Assembly (NCBI GenBank): GCA_052327205.1
Contig: CM126207.1
Span: 43,462,001 to 43,526,000 of the forward strand
DNA length: 64,000 nucleotides
Direction of reading: 5' to 3'
From: Somniosus microcephalus
Taxonomy: Eukaryota
The position numbers were made by a program, and so were the translations under genes. Numbering within the stretch: position 1 is the stretch's first letter; the number at the start of each line of letters is the position of its first letter. Below, piece by piece: positions 11,189-21,561 of this stretch. The notes under the pieces were generated by a model that was not told the DNA's origin, searched no databases, and was given only the letters and a program-made list of their open reading frames with translations.

Positions 11189-12490
11189 TTTCAAATAAAG
11201 CTGTTGGACTATAACCTGGTGTTGTGTGACTTCTTACATTTGTCCACCCCAGTCCAACTCCGGCATCTCCACACCATTCCCCTTTGTAGCCTTGGTATTA
11301 CTCTTCCTCCCCCCCTGTTGTCACCAGTCCTGTTCTTCATTCAGCTTCCAACAGTCACCCTCCCCCTCTCCTCATCAGACAGAGTGCACTCTTGTTCACC
11401 GTTATCTGAGTTCAGGGGAAAGGGGAAAACGAGGAAACAGGGACACAGCTGCCGGTGTGCTCCTGGCCACTGGCTGTTATGGGGTCATTGTGGGAGGCTT
11501 GTGCCATCATGTCTTCCAGCTGCCCCTGTAGGCCCTTTGGTCCAGGAGGATTCTGATGCAGCCCCACCGCAAGGTGCCTTTGCTGAAGTGAGAAGTCCGG
11601 ACACCCCATTCCCATCTCGTTTACATTCTTATACTGAACCTATACCTACTCCAGGCACAGGCCTATTGTCTTCAGGTTAGGGAGACCACATTGCACCAGT
11701 TCTCTGCTCCAAGAATATTCCCCAGGTGCAGTGAAGAAGCAAATCTCCCTTCCTTTGTTTGCGCTCCCCCCCCCCCCCCCCCACCCCCCCTATCTGCATC
11801 TTGCCCTTCCTTTTGCTACAGTCCTCCCAGGTAACTGGCTGCAATTTGCCACTGTTCACTTTTTTTTTTTAAAGTGCCCATAGAGGTTATGCTATATTCG
11901 CTGAGTAATTTTTACTTTAGCAGATATACCATGAGAAAGGGAACAACTGTTTTCCTGCCGGCAAGTGCAGGACCTTCAGAAGATGAGGGCATTGGTGTTG
12001 GTGCTATACATGCTTTTAAGTGAAAGCCAGTAAACCAATGAAACTTATCTACAGCCCTGGGAGCAGCTCAACGTGGAGGTAGGCAGCCAGGGAGGCATGT
12101 AGCACAGGCGAGGACAGGAAGCCGCTGCTTTTCATCCACACTCCATTATCGATTGGTTCCTCTGCTATGCTGCTCGCAACTTACTGAACTGGTTTTACCT
12201 GTTTGAATTCCCTGGGCTTCAGGCTGTGTTCTTGCACTCCTAATTGAGGATTTAGACCAAGACAAAAGAAGTAAGCAGCTGCCAGCAATGTGGGAGAGGA
12301 CTGCAGATTTGGATTTTTAGTTGCAGATTCACAAAAATGTCCCTGCTGTGGACAACATGTTACAACAGACAAATAGAAAATATGCACTGTAGAGTATGGA
12401 GGAATACATACCTCATTGAGGTGTAATATTGTATGCCTATTATCATTTAATTCCCATTTTTAGTTTGATCCTAAGATTGCTGGTTATATT

Positions 12491-12744
12491 TGTAGTGTAT
12501 GTACCCGTCTACCTTTAAGAGAACTATTGTATGTAACCGTCCACCTTTAAGAGAACTACTTTAGGTGTTGCACTACTTTGTTGGCTTCTGTATACTGTAA
12601 TACCGACGGTGACCACACCGGTATATAAGTGCTGTGTCAGGATTTATTGGGCAGATTCGCCCTGACCTTCGAATAGTAAAGTCCTGTTTTAAGTTACTCT
12701 GGTAGTCTGTGTATTAATTAACTAAACAACCCACAGACTTTACA
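12491..12744 (+). repeat. 5' LTR of element B
   Basis: TGT...ACA ends; internal ~31-bp tandem duplication at 12496-12558; TATATAA at ~12622; AGTAAA at ~12675. Confidence 0.97.
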
Positions 12745-12745
12745 G

Positions 12746-12755
12746 TGGCGACGAG
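12746..12755 (+). promoter_or_regulatory. Primer-binding site TGGCGACGAG (probably tRNA-Ser 3' end)
   Basis: 1 nt after the LTR; starts with TGG; complementary to ...CUCGUCGCCA. Confidence 0.8.
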
Positions 12756-13820
12756 TCCGATCGTACCCTGCGGCAACAATACTTCCGAAGCAGTTAACGA
12801 GCGTCGAGAAGAGGCAACCGCCCTCGTCATTCTGCTGGGAGAAAACTCGAGTCTGCAGAGCTGGAAAGGAGGAAGAATTCAGAGACAAAGACTTCCATCA
12901 GCAACAGGCACTGACTGTCCCTTCTGCCACGGTGAGGAGTGAGCCGATCAGCACGAGAAGCAAGCCGGCCACGGTGACTGTGAGTAAGGGAAAAGTAAAA
13001 AGAATAACCGGAGGATAAGGGCGGTGCACTCGACCACGGTCGAGGGGGAAAGGAGCCGGACAGAAGTCGGGCCCAGAGGCGCTGAGACTGGGGCAGCGTG
13101 GAGCAAGGAAGCCGCGGTACAGACAGGCTGGGGACGCAACGGCGTCGTGAGACAGCTAGACCGCGACCGGCGAAAAAGGCTGGGCAGCGACCGAAGCCAC
13201 GAAGCGCTGCGACCGGGAGCGTAGGCGCGGGAAGATATAAAAACTCAGCCGCAGCCGGGGAGGGAAGCTCCGGACTGCGAGAGGGCTGGGAGGCGTGATT
13301 GGGAGCCGAGCGAGCGGGAGAGGCAGAGCCGACCAAGGGAGACTGAGCGAGAGCCAGTCCAGCGGCTGAAACTGTTCGCCGTCAACGGGGGGTACCCAGC
13401 GCCGGTAGAGCCGAGCGAGCGGGAGAGAGACAGAGCCCGAGCAAGGGGAACTGAGCGAGAGCCAGCCCAGCGGCTGAAACTGTTCGCCGTCAACGGGGTG
13501 TACCCAGCGCCGGTTGCCCTGCCGAGAAAAGGGAAAGCACTGAAGCCGACGCGCAGGCTGTGAACCTGAAAGCCAGCGGCCGTCGCCCGTGGGGAAAGTG
13601 TACCCCTCCCGCTAGGGAAGAAACGCGGGAAGCCGCCATTAGGCGGGGAAGAAGACAGAAGCGGGAAACCGCCATTGAAGTGGGCGGGGAGAGAAGATAA
13701 GCGCGGGAAACCGCCATTTTCGCGGGAACCGCCATCTTACTCGAAGAGAACAACCTTACACTTGACAGGGCTGACCTTATTGCAGCATCGCACGAAGCCG
13801 CAGCGAAGGGAACTGCGGAA

Positions 13821-16800
13821 ATGCAGCTAAAGGCAGTGGCACTCAGTGTGGATCAAATTACCTCGAGTACAACAAAATGCTATCGTTGTGGGAAGACAAC
13901 ACACGACCAGAACCAATGCTGGTTTAAGAACCAGGAATGTAGGAAATGTGGCAAACTGGGTCACATAGCTAAGGTATGCCGGTCAGGGAAGAAGACCAAC
14001 AACCAAAGGAAGCCATCACAGGAAAAGCACAACAAGGTACACAAGGTGGCTGAGAAGAGTTCAGACGAACAGAATTCGGACTCAGACCCAAACGGCCAGG
14101 AGCTGGATAGTCTGAGAATTCACAATGTGAGTAATGAAGCTGACCGACAAGCTATCTGGATCACACTACAGATTGCAAAAGTCCAAGTGAAAATGGAAGT
14201 GGACACCGGATCGGCGTTGACGGTCATGAATAAGCATGATTATAAAAAGTTATTCAAGCGTATTCCCCTACGGGATACGGAACTAGTATTGCAGACATAC
14301 ACGGGGCACAAAGTATACCCCATCGGAAAGATAGAAGTCAAGGTGAGATACAAGGACAAAGATCACCAAAGGATGGACCTGTATGTGTTGCCTGAGGGAG
14401 GTCCACCACTTCTGGGACGGGAGTGGATCAGGAAAATAAAGATAGACTGGCATTCACTAAACACCATGACGGTAGATTCCGGAAAGGAAGATGTCAAACC
14501 TGAACGGTTGTCCAGAATATTGGACGAAGCTAAAGAGGTATTCCAGCAAGGACTGGGAACACTGCGAGGAATTAAAGCAAAGGTTAAGATTGCAGAACAT
14601 GCAAGCCCAAAATTTTTCAAAGCCAGATCGGTACCTTACGCGATACAACCTGCTGTGGAGGCAGAACTGGAAGAACTTGAACGATCAGGGGTACTGTCAA
14701 AAGTGGACTGGAGTGAGTGGGCCATGCCCATTGTTCCCGTCATGAAGTCTTCACCAAGTAACAAGCCAGGGGGACCGGGGAAGGTCCGCATCTGCGGAGA
14801 CTTCAAGATCACAGTGAATCCGGTGCTTCACATGGTACAATACCCGCTTCCGCGGATTGAAGATATCTTTGCTTCGTTGGCTGGAGGGAAACACTTCACC
14901 AAGATAGACCTGGCACAGGCATACTTACAAATGGAAGTCGAGGAAGAGTCGCGTCAGTACCTCACCATCAACACACACAGAGGCTTGTATCGTTATAATA
15001 GACTGGTTTTTGGGATAGCTTCGGCTCCAGCAATTTGGCAGAGGGCCATGGAGCAGGTATTACAAGGAATTCCAAGCACGCAGTGTTACTTAGACGATAT
15101 CCTGATTACGGGAGAAGACGAGGAAGAACACCTCACAAATTTGAAACTGGTGCTCACTAGGTTGAAGGAATATGGCCTTCGAGTTAATCGCAAGAGATGT
15201 GAGTTCTTCCAAAAACGGATCTCGTACTGCGGTCATGTCATTGACCGAGAGGGGCTGCACAAGTCACCTGACAAGATAGAAGCTGTCGTGAAGGCCCCCG
15301 CTCCGGAAAACGTATCACAGTTAAGATCATTCTTGGGGTTGATTGATTATTATCACAAGTTTCTGCCGAATCTATCCACGGTGCTGCATCCGCTGAATGC
15401 TCTGTTGCGGAAAGAAGTACCATGGAAGTGGAGTGAGGAATGTAAAAAGGCCTTTCGCAGAAGCAAGGCGTTGATTACCTCTGAAGAAGTGTTGGCTCAT
15501 TTCAACCCAACGTTACCTCTTCGTCTAGCTTGTGATGCTTCCCCCTATGGAATTGGAGCAGTACTTTCACACAAGTTACCAAATGGCTCGGAAAGGCCAG
15601 TGGCATTCGCGTCCCGATCATTGACCTCCGCGGAGCGAAATTATGCTCAAATAGATAGGGAGGCCCTCAGCCTTGTGTGGGGCGTAAAGAAATTCAATCA
15701 TTACCTGCAGGGCAAGAAGTTCACATTACTGACAGACCACCAGCCGTTGGTGTCCATATTCAACCCTAACCAGGCCGTTTCCACCATGACAGCGCAAAGG
15801 TTACAGAGGTGGTCCGTGTTACTTGGGGCACACCAATATGACATCGAATACAAAAGGTCCAAACAGCATGGAAATGCTGATGGGTTATCGCGCTTGCCAT
15901 TGCCGATAGTAGAAGAAGCGACTACAGTGGACCCGGTAGAGATGTTCCACTCATCCATAGTGGAATGTCTACCAGTAACAAATTCGATGATCGAAAACGA
16001 AACAAGAAATGACCCGACTCTCTCACGAGTCTATGATTTAACGGTGGAGGGATGGCCAGCACAGGGCGAACCAACGCTGCCAGCATTTTCGCAGAGAAAA
16101 GAACAGCTGTCAGTGTGTCGAGGAACCCTGATGTGTGGATCTAGAGTGGTGATTCCACCCAAACTTCAACAGAAGGTGTTAAAGGAGCTGCACGAGGGAC
16201 ATCTGGGTGGAGTGAAAATGAAGAACCTAGCAAGAGCGTTCGTGTGGTGGCCAGGCATTGATGGGGACATCGAAGAAATCACTAAGAGCTGTCTAGGATG
16301 CCAGAAGGTCCAAAACGCGCCACCACAGGCTCCTCTGCATCCATGGGAGTGGCCCTCATCTCCTTGGCAAAGGGTACACATCGACTTTGCTGGTCCATTT
16401 ATGGACTCAATGTTTCTAATAGCGGTGGATGCACACTCCAAGTGGCCGGAGGTAATAAAGATGTCCACCATCACCACGGAAAAAACCATCACAGTGTTAA
16501 GGACCATGTTTGCTAGGAATGGGCTGCCGGAACAGATCTGTTCTGATAATGGACCGCAATTTGTGTCCGAAGAATTCAAGAAATTCTTAAAGAGCAATGG
16601 GGTTAAGCACTACACGTCAGCCCCATACCATCCCGCCTCCAATGGATTGGCTGAAAGGTTTGTCCAGACCTTCAAGAAGGCCATAAAGGCCATGGGTAAT
16701 GAAGCCATTAACTTACAACATAAGGTGGATAGCTTCTTGTTGGCGTACAGGAATGCAACACATGCGGCCACAAATCAAACTCCCGCCATGATGTTTTTTA

Positions 16801-17279
16801 ATAGACGACTAAGATGCCGGCTGGATTTGCTTAAGCCAAACGTCAGAAGGGACGTAGAGAACCGGCAATTCCAGGGCATGAATGAAAGGCCAACTAGATC
16901 TTTTCAGATAGGTCAACAAGTTTTGGCCCGGGACTACCGTACCGAGAAATGGCAGCCTGGAACTATTGGAAAAAGGCTAGGGCCGTTGATGTATACGGTG
17001 GACATTGGGGACAGTATAATAAGGCGCCATGTTGACCAGATCATAGGGTCAGCCACAAATGGCCAACCTACTCCACCACCTTACACGGTTAATGTTGAGA
17101 CAGAGATACCCAGAACACCTACCTCCGATCTGGTAATACTGGAATCAGATGAACCTGACACTGTCCTTCAAGCCGAATCGACCTTGCCAGAAGCACCTAC
17201 TACCCCGCCGGGTGTTACGACACCACCGAGGCGTTATCCGGACAGAGTCCGGAAACCTTCAGAGAGACTGAATCTGTGA
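13821..17279 (+). CDS. Nucleocapsid-Pol polyprotein (2 CCHC knuckles, protease, RT, RNase H, integrase), no capsid domain
   Basis: CYRCGKTTHDQNQC, CRKCGKLGHIAKVC, VDTGS, YLDD, DAS/E/TDH, HEGH..CLGC, IDFAGP, SDNG and NGLAER all intact. Confidence 0.96.
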   Translation: MQLKAVALSVDQITSSTTKCYRCGKTTHDQNQCWFKNQECRKCGKLGHIAKVCRSGKKTNNQRKPSQEKHNKVHKVAEKSSDEQNSDSDPNGQELDSLRIHNVSNEADRQAIWITLQIAKVQVKMEVDTGSALTVMNKHDYKKLFKRIPLRDTELVLQTYTGHKVYPIGKIEVKVRYKDKDHQRMDLYVLPEGGPPLLGREWIRKIKIDWHSLNTMTVDSGKEDVKPERLSRILDEAKEVFQQGLGTLRGIKAKVKIAEHASPKFFKARSVPYAIQPAVEAELEELERSGVLSKVDWSEWAMPIVPVMKSSPSNKPGGPGKVRICGDFKITVNPVLHMVQYPLPRIEDIFASLAGGKHFTKIDLAQAYLQMEVEEESRQYLTINTHRGLYRYNRLVFGIASAPAIWQRAMEQVLQGIPSTQCYLDDILITGEDEEEHLTNLKLVLTRLKEYGLRVNRKRCEFFQKRISYCGHVIDREGLHKSPDKIEAVVKAPAPENVSQLRSFLGLIDYYHKFLPNLSTVLHPLNALLRKEVPWKWSEECKKAFRRSKALITSEEVLAHFNPTLPLRLACDASPYGIGAVLSHKLPNGSERPVAFASRSLTSAERNYAQIDREALSLVWGVKKFNHYLQGKKFTLLTDHQPLVSIFNPNQAVSTMTAQRLQRWSVLLGAHQYDIEYKRSKQHGNADGLSRLPLPIVEEATTVDPVEMFHSSIVECLPVTNSMIENETRNDPTLSRVYDLTVEGWPAQGEPTLPAFSQRKEQLSVCRGTLMCGSRVVIPPKLQQKVLKELHEGHLGGVKMKNLARAFVWWPGIDGDIEEITKSCLGCQKVQNAPPQAPLHPWEWPSSPWQRVHIDFAGPFMDSMFLIAVDAHSKWPEVIKMSTITTEKTITVLRTMFARNGLPEQICSDNGPQFVSEEFKKFLKSNGVKHYTSAPYHPASNGLAERFVQTFKKAIKAMGNEAINLQHKVDSFLLAYRNATHAATNQTPAMMFFNRRLRCRLDLLKPNVRRDVENRQFQGMNERPTRSFQIGQQVLARDYRTEKWQPGTIGKRLGPLMYTVDIGDSIIRRHVDQIIGSATNGQPTPPPYTVNVETEIPRTPTSDLVILESDEPDTVLQAESTLPEAPTTPPGVTTPPRRYPDRVRKPSERLNL

Positions 17280-17360
17280 ACTGTCTTGCATAAAGTTGTA
17301 TATATGTTATAATGTATGTTTAATGGGGAATCAGTATGTTGTAAGCTAAAAAGGGAGGAT

Positions 17361-17614
17361 TGTAGTGTATGTACCCGTCTACCTTTAAGAGAACTATTGT
17401 ATGTAACCGTCCACCTTTAAGAGAACTACTTTAGGTGTTGCACTACTTTGTTGGCTTCTGTATACTGTAATACCGACGGTGACCACACCGGTATATAAGT
17501 GCTGTGTCAGGATTTATTGGGCAGATTCGCCCTGACCTTCGAATAGTAAAGTCCTGTTTTAAGTTACTCTGGTAGTCTGTGTATTAATTAACTAAACAAC
17601 CCACAGACTTTACA
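17361..17614 (+). repeat. 3' LTR of element B
   Basis: Identical to 12491-12744; followed by the TSD ATATT. Confidence 0.97.
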
Positions 17615-17916
17615 ATATTAGTTGTGGATTAACCTATTAGATTGTGGTTTATTTGTGTGTAATTTCTGGCACTAGGTGTTATAAGATCATTTATATAGTC
17701 CACTAACGCCATAAAGTGGCAGAATTGGAATTTTGCAGCAGTGAAATGAACCCCCACTGAATTGAATGTTCTGATGTAGCTGGGCCCTAGACCAATAGAA
17801 GTGTACTAGATGTTTAACCTCTCATTATTTGGCCTTTAACATTCATGAAATTAATGACAGATCACACAGCTGGCCATGCATCATGCGTATACACAATAAC
17901 AATTTTAACTTTTCAG

Positions 17917-17997
17917 AAATGAGGCCATTGGCTCCAGGAGACCTGAAACTTTGCAACTGTGGCATGATGGTGAGCGACAGCAGGCATTAAAGGAACG
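17917..17997 (+). CDS. LRCH3: LRCH3 81-nt symmetric exon (NEAIGSRRPETLQLWHDGERQQALKE)
   Basis: ttttcag acceptor, strong gtgagt donor, phase 2->2, open; RRPETLQLW resembles the LRCH4 RRPDTLQLW motif. Confidence 0.8.
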
Positions 17998-18119
17998 GTG
18001 AGTTCAGATTTACAAAGAAATGATTGTTTTAAAAGGAAAGCACAGCTTAATTATGGATTTGTCAGATATCTTGCATGAACCTACAGACATCTTGTTGAGC
18101 AGAATTTATTTGAGTTTTT

Positions 18120-18450
18120 CCTCCCCTCCTGAAGGTAAGCGTGCGGGGTGGAGTTTCACTGGTGTCAGCAGCCTCCAGTACTTTGCCCATGTGCTTCTGG
18201 GTAGCGATTGTTAGCACCCTACCTTATCTGAAGTCCACATGTGTAACACGTCTAACACACTATAATTTCCCTCAGGATCAATGGATAGCATTCAGGACTT
18301 GAGAGCCATGAATTTTTTTTCTCTGGCCACAGCACCTCTTTCCTTTTATTCCCTCCTTCTTCCCACACCCCCACTATAGTGCTAAAACCACTGTAGCGCC
18401 TGCACTGCTGCCTCAGCTAACTCAGCACAGATCAGGGTTTGAACTTGGGA
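18120..18450 (-). mobile_element. Old SINE-like repeat, antisense
   Basis: cagctaactcagcacagatc is the reverse complement of the family block tgtgctgagttagctg. Confidence 0.5.
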
Positions 18451-19669
18451 TTTGAAGGTATATATGCCCACCAATTCATCCTGTCTCCTCTTTCCCCCTC
18501 CCCCACACCCAAAAAACAGCATTTTATTTATGTAAAGTGCAATCCTTCCATGTGAACAAATAAAATGGTTAGCTAGCATGAAAGGAAATGAAATTGAGAA
18601 ACTCTTTTTCCTTAAGATTTCTGATTCTGAATTTGGATTCATTTTGTCCAAGCTGGCGAGAGGAGTGTGGTTGCTTTTCAGACCTTTTTTGACACACTGT
18701 GGTGTTTCAAATTGATGTTAAATAGCAGGGTTACATCAGTTGTTGACACGGTTTTTCAGTGTGGCCTTAATACCCAAGTTAGCCCTGTTAACCAACTAGA
18801 TGCTTTGAAACAAATCTGACGATTTGCCTAAAAAAAAAACAGCAATCTGAACGGAGGGATTCCTGAATATGTTGGACTGCTTTCAGGGATTTAGTGAGAA
18901 ACTTTAAATTAGACACAACACTTGAAAATTTAGGTAAAAAATCATCCGTCCAAGATTTCTTCTCATTTCCATATTTTATACTTCTTCATTAGTTATCTAT
19001 TCTCTATCTCCAATTCTTTTACTTTCTCTGAAACACAAAATTCCAAATAATAGACAGTCTGAGGAGAGTTCAGCTGTGCAAAGTCTGCCTGAGAATAACA
19101 GCGTCCTGTTACCATTGGAAGCACTGCTGGTAATGCTGCTTCACACTAGATCTCTCCAGGAGAATTCCAATGAATAAGCTGTTCTGCAGAAACTGGCACG
19201 ACATTTCCTCAGCACGAAGTGGGAAAATGCTACCTTTTGAGGGCAGTTGGTGTGGAGAATCTCTAATTGGAGACACTGGATTATAACTCTTCCATGTCCA
19301 CTAGATAACCTTTACTTTGCAAAGCAATGTTACAGATATTTGATTGCTGTTTATTTGGGGGAAAAAGCAGCAGTTCCATATTGGCATGGACTAGCATAAT
19401 CCAGTAATTCCTAAGATTCCCTTTAGTCCTAAAAAGATGTAACAACCTAACTTGTCTATAGCCTATAATTGAATGTGAGTTTTAAATGTCAATATTGATG
19501 TAATCTTAACATATTTTACTCGGATTATCATTTGATAAATATAAGTTTTCCCATTATTGTTGAAGATTCTAAACTTAGACCTGCTCATTTAGCATTTACT
19601 TTTTACTGAACACCTCTGATTATAAATACAAATTGTTGTTGATGATTACATTTCTTTTTCTCTTTCCAG

Positions 19670-19724
19670 TGGATTTTCAGATGCTGGCTTGATCTCTCAA
19701 ACTCCATCTAGTGGCCAATATGTG
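19670..19724 (+). CDS. LRCH3: LRCH3 exon (GFSDAGLISQTPSSGQYV)
   Basis: Long pyrimidine tract plus ccag, gtaatt donor; phase 2->0 bridges the flanking exons. Confidence 0.8.
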
Positions 19725-20589
19725 GTAATTATTATGCAGTTGATCACATTAAAGTGCCTTCTGTTAAATCATCTGTGTCATCCCACCAGTTATTTGGGCA
19801 GTTTTTGTAATATCTGAACTGCTGCATTATTGAAGTGCTTGGGGAATTGCAATTAAAATGTTGAAGTTGGTCTGGAAGGACCCAGATGCAATGATTTACA
19901 GCTGTAATGGAGCTAGATTAAAATGTCAAGATAGAGTTAAATAGAAGAATTGTGCAGCCCATGTTATTTAAGTGTACAATAGATATAGAGAAATTGATAT
20001 ATTTTATGTCTGTTCCATCAATGAAGACTACTTGAAACCGAGGCAGTTTCTTAAATTTAATTGTTCAATTCTGTGTCTCTTCCCAATTTCATTTTTGTTT
20101 TTCCCCTCGTCATAACTAACACACTGCACTGCAGAGTAGTAGAAGTTGGGTTAATGCCTATGATTTTCCCAATACAGGATAATCAGGTGAACCAGTTCAC
20201 TTAAATAAAAGAGAATTCAGACTGTGATACTTGCTCACCTTCCCCCCAGTTGGTTACAGAGTGGGACTGGCAGACATTAGAGCAGGTTGTGTTGCGGGCA
20301 TTGCAATCCAGGGAGCCAATGAAGAAGGACAAAGATAACTTCTTTAAATCCTTAAAAAGACATCTTTGAAAATAGAATAGCGTTGCATGGATCTTCAACT
20401 GTTAAATCTTACGGACATTCAGAATTCATCATTGCTGACCTGTTCCTTTCGTAGATTAGGCATAATGGGTATACTTAAAATACAGTTTTACATTACAGCA
20501 CCTGGAACCTAATGTTGTAAAAGGAATTTTTCATTTGAAAATCAGTGGTTGGTGAACAGGTTAAATGATTTGAATGCTGTACTTGTCAG

Positions 20590-20748
20590 ACTTCAAATGT
20601 GGGGTGCTCAGAGTTGGAGTTGCAGAGGCGACGTGAGCAACTACTGGTGGAACGGACCAGAAGAGAGGCACAACTCGCAGCCCAACAATATGAAGAGAGA
20701 ATCCGAACAAAACAAATTCAGAAAGAAGCTGTCCTTGACTTTGTGAGA
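20590..20748 (+). CDS. LRCH3: LRCH3 coiled-coil exon (ELELQRRREQLLVERTRREAQLAAQQYEERIRTKQIQKEAVLDFVR)
   Basis: gtcag acceptor, gtaagc donor, 159 nt, phase 0; ERTRREAQLAA and RTKQIQ..AVLDFV are LRCH3-like. Confidence 0.93.
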
Positions 20749-21280
20749 GTAAGCACACATATTTTAAAGATCTAATAACGATGCAGTTGTAATTTTCCAG
20801 GTACAGTCCAGAATGTACCAACTTTGTTAGTTTACTGAAGAAATGGTCTGTGGGAGCTCTACTTTGTTTCCCCTCCCTATTTTAGCCTTTTTTCTTCTTT
20901 TAGGTCTCCCACTCTCCGAACTTTTACCAACCTAAATAGCTAACAAAATTGCAGAGCAGGCTCAATTGCAAGCCCTTGTTTCTGCGTTCCTCAGGGATAG
21001 TCAAGAAAGTTGCTCCAGACTTCTGCTGACACTATTCTGTAACCACTCATTAGGAGCTCTGTGACTCCCCAGCCTGTGCTCAGCATTCCCTAATAGTCTA
21101 GCTGAACTCAAATGAATCAAAAGTGGTATCAGTCCATGGGAGGACTGTTCTTTTTCAAATGTTTTCCTCCCCTGCACCCAGTCGTTTCTAAGTGGGGAGG
21201 GGGATTATGTATTGCCCCAATGACTTTAAAAACTCTCTTCATATTTAAAGCCTCATCTACCTTAAGGCACTTGCCAATTA

Positions 21281-21561
21281 CAGGAAACTTTGTGCTATCC
21301 GGCACCGACGGGACCGAGCTGTTGCCGTTCCCTCAAAACTGCCGGACACACCAGCGTTAATGTTGAAGCATACGGAGCTTTTCATCTCCGTATCTGACAA
21401 CAAACACTTGCTTAGCAACAGCTTCAGAGAGACTTTGCAGAGCCTGACTGTTGGAAAAAAAAGCCACGCGAAGAAAAAAAACCGAACAAAACGGCTCCTG
21501 ATTTTTGCCGGTGGCTCGAGCTTGCCGGGCATTTAGCCTCCGGATAACACAAAGTTTCCTG
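21281..21561. mobile_element. Tc1/mariner(Tigger/pogo)-type MITE, 281 bp
   Basis: 22-bp TIR CAGGAAACTTTGTGYTATCCGG (1 mismatch); TA on both sides. Confidence 0.9.

Larger units (their letters stand above)
10198..11273 (+). mobile_element. 5'-truncated Penelope-like element with an inverted copy of its 3' end
   Basis: GIY-YIG C-terminus at 10531-10809; arms 10194-10530 and ~10908-11238 are near-perfect inverted repeats; flanking 15-bp direct repeat ccattcccctttgta at 10183-10197 and 11274-11288. Confidence 0.92.
12491..17614 (+). mobile_element. Full-length Ty3/gypsy LTR retrotransposon B (Mag-like, 5.12 kb), very recent
   Basis: Identical 254-bp LTRs at 12491-12744 and 17361-17614; TSD ATATT; PBS TGGCGACGAG; polypurine tract AAAAAGGGAGGA at 17348-17359; uninterrupted 1152-aa ORF. 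Confidence 0.98.

Noticed and set aside
11921-12023. Possible exon after tttactttag/cag (RYTMRKGTTVFLPASAG...)
   Set aside because: No convincing phase-compatible donor and no recognisable homology.
12827-13753. Minus-strand ORFs in element B's leader (169, 82 and 87 aa)
   Set aside because: Low-complexity products of GC-rich repeats, mostly with non-ATG starts and no domain motifs.
2052-17614. Element A (intact capsid frame) as the Gag donor for capsid-less element B
   Set aside because: The LTRs, priming sites and Pol sequences are unrelated; proximity in one gene is not evidence of complementation.
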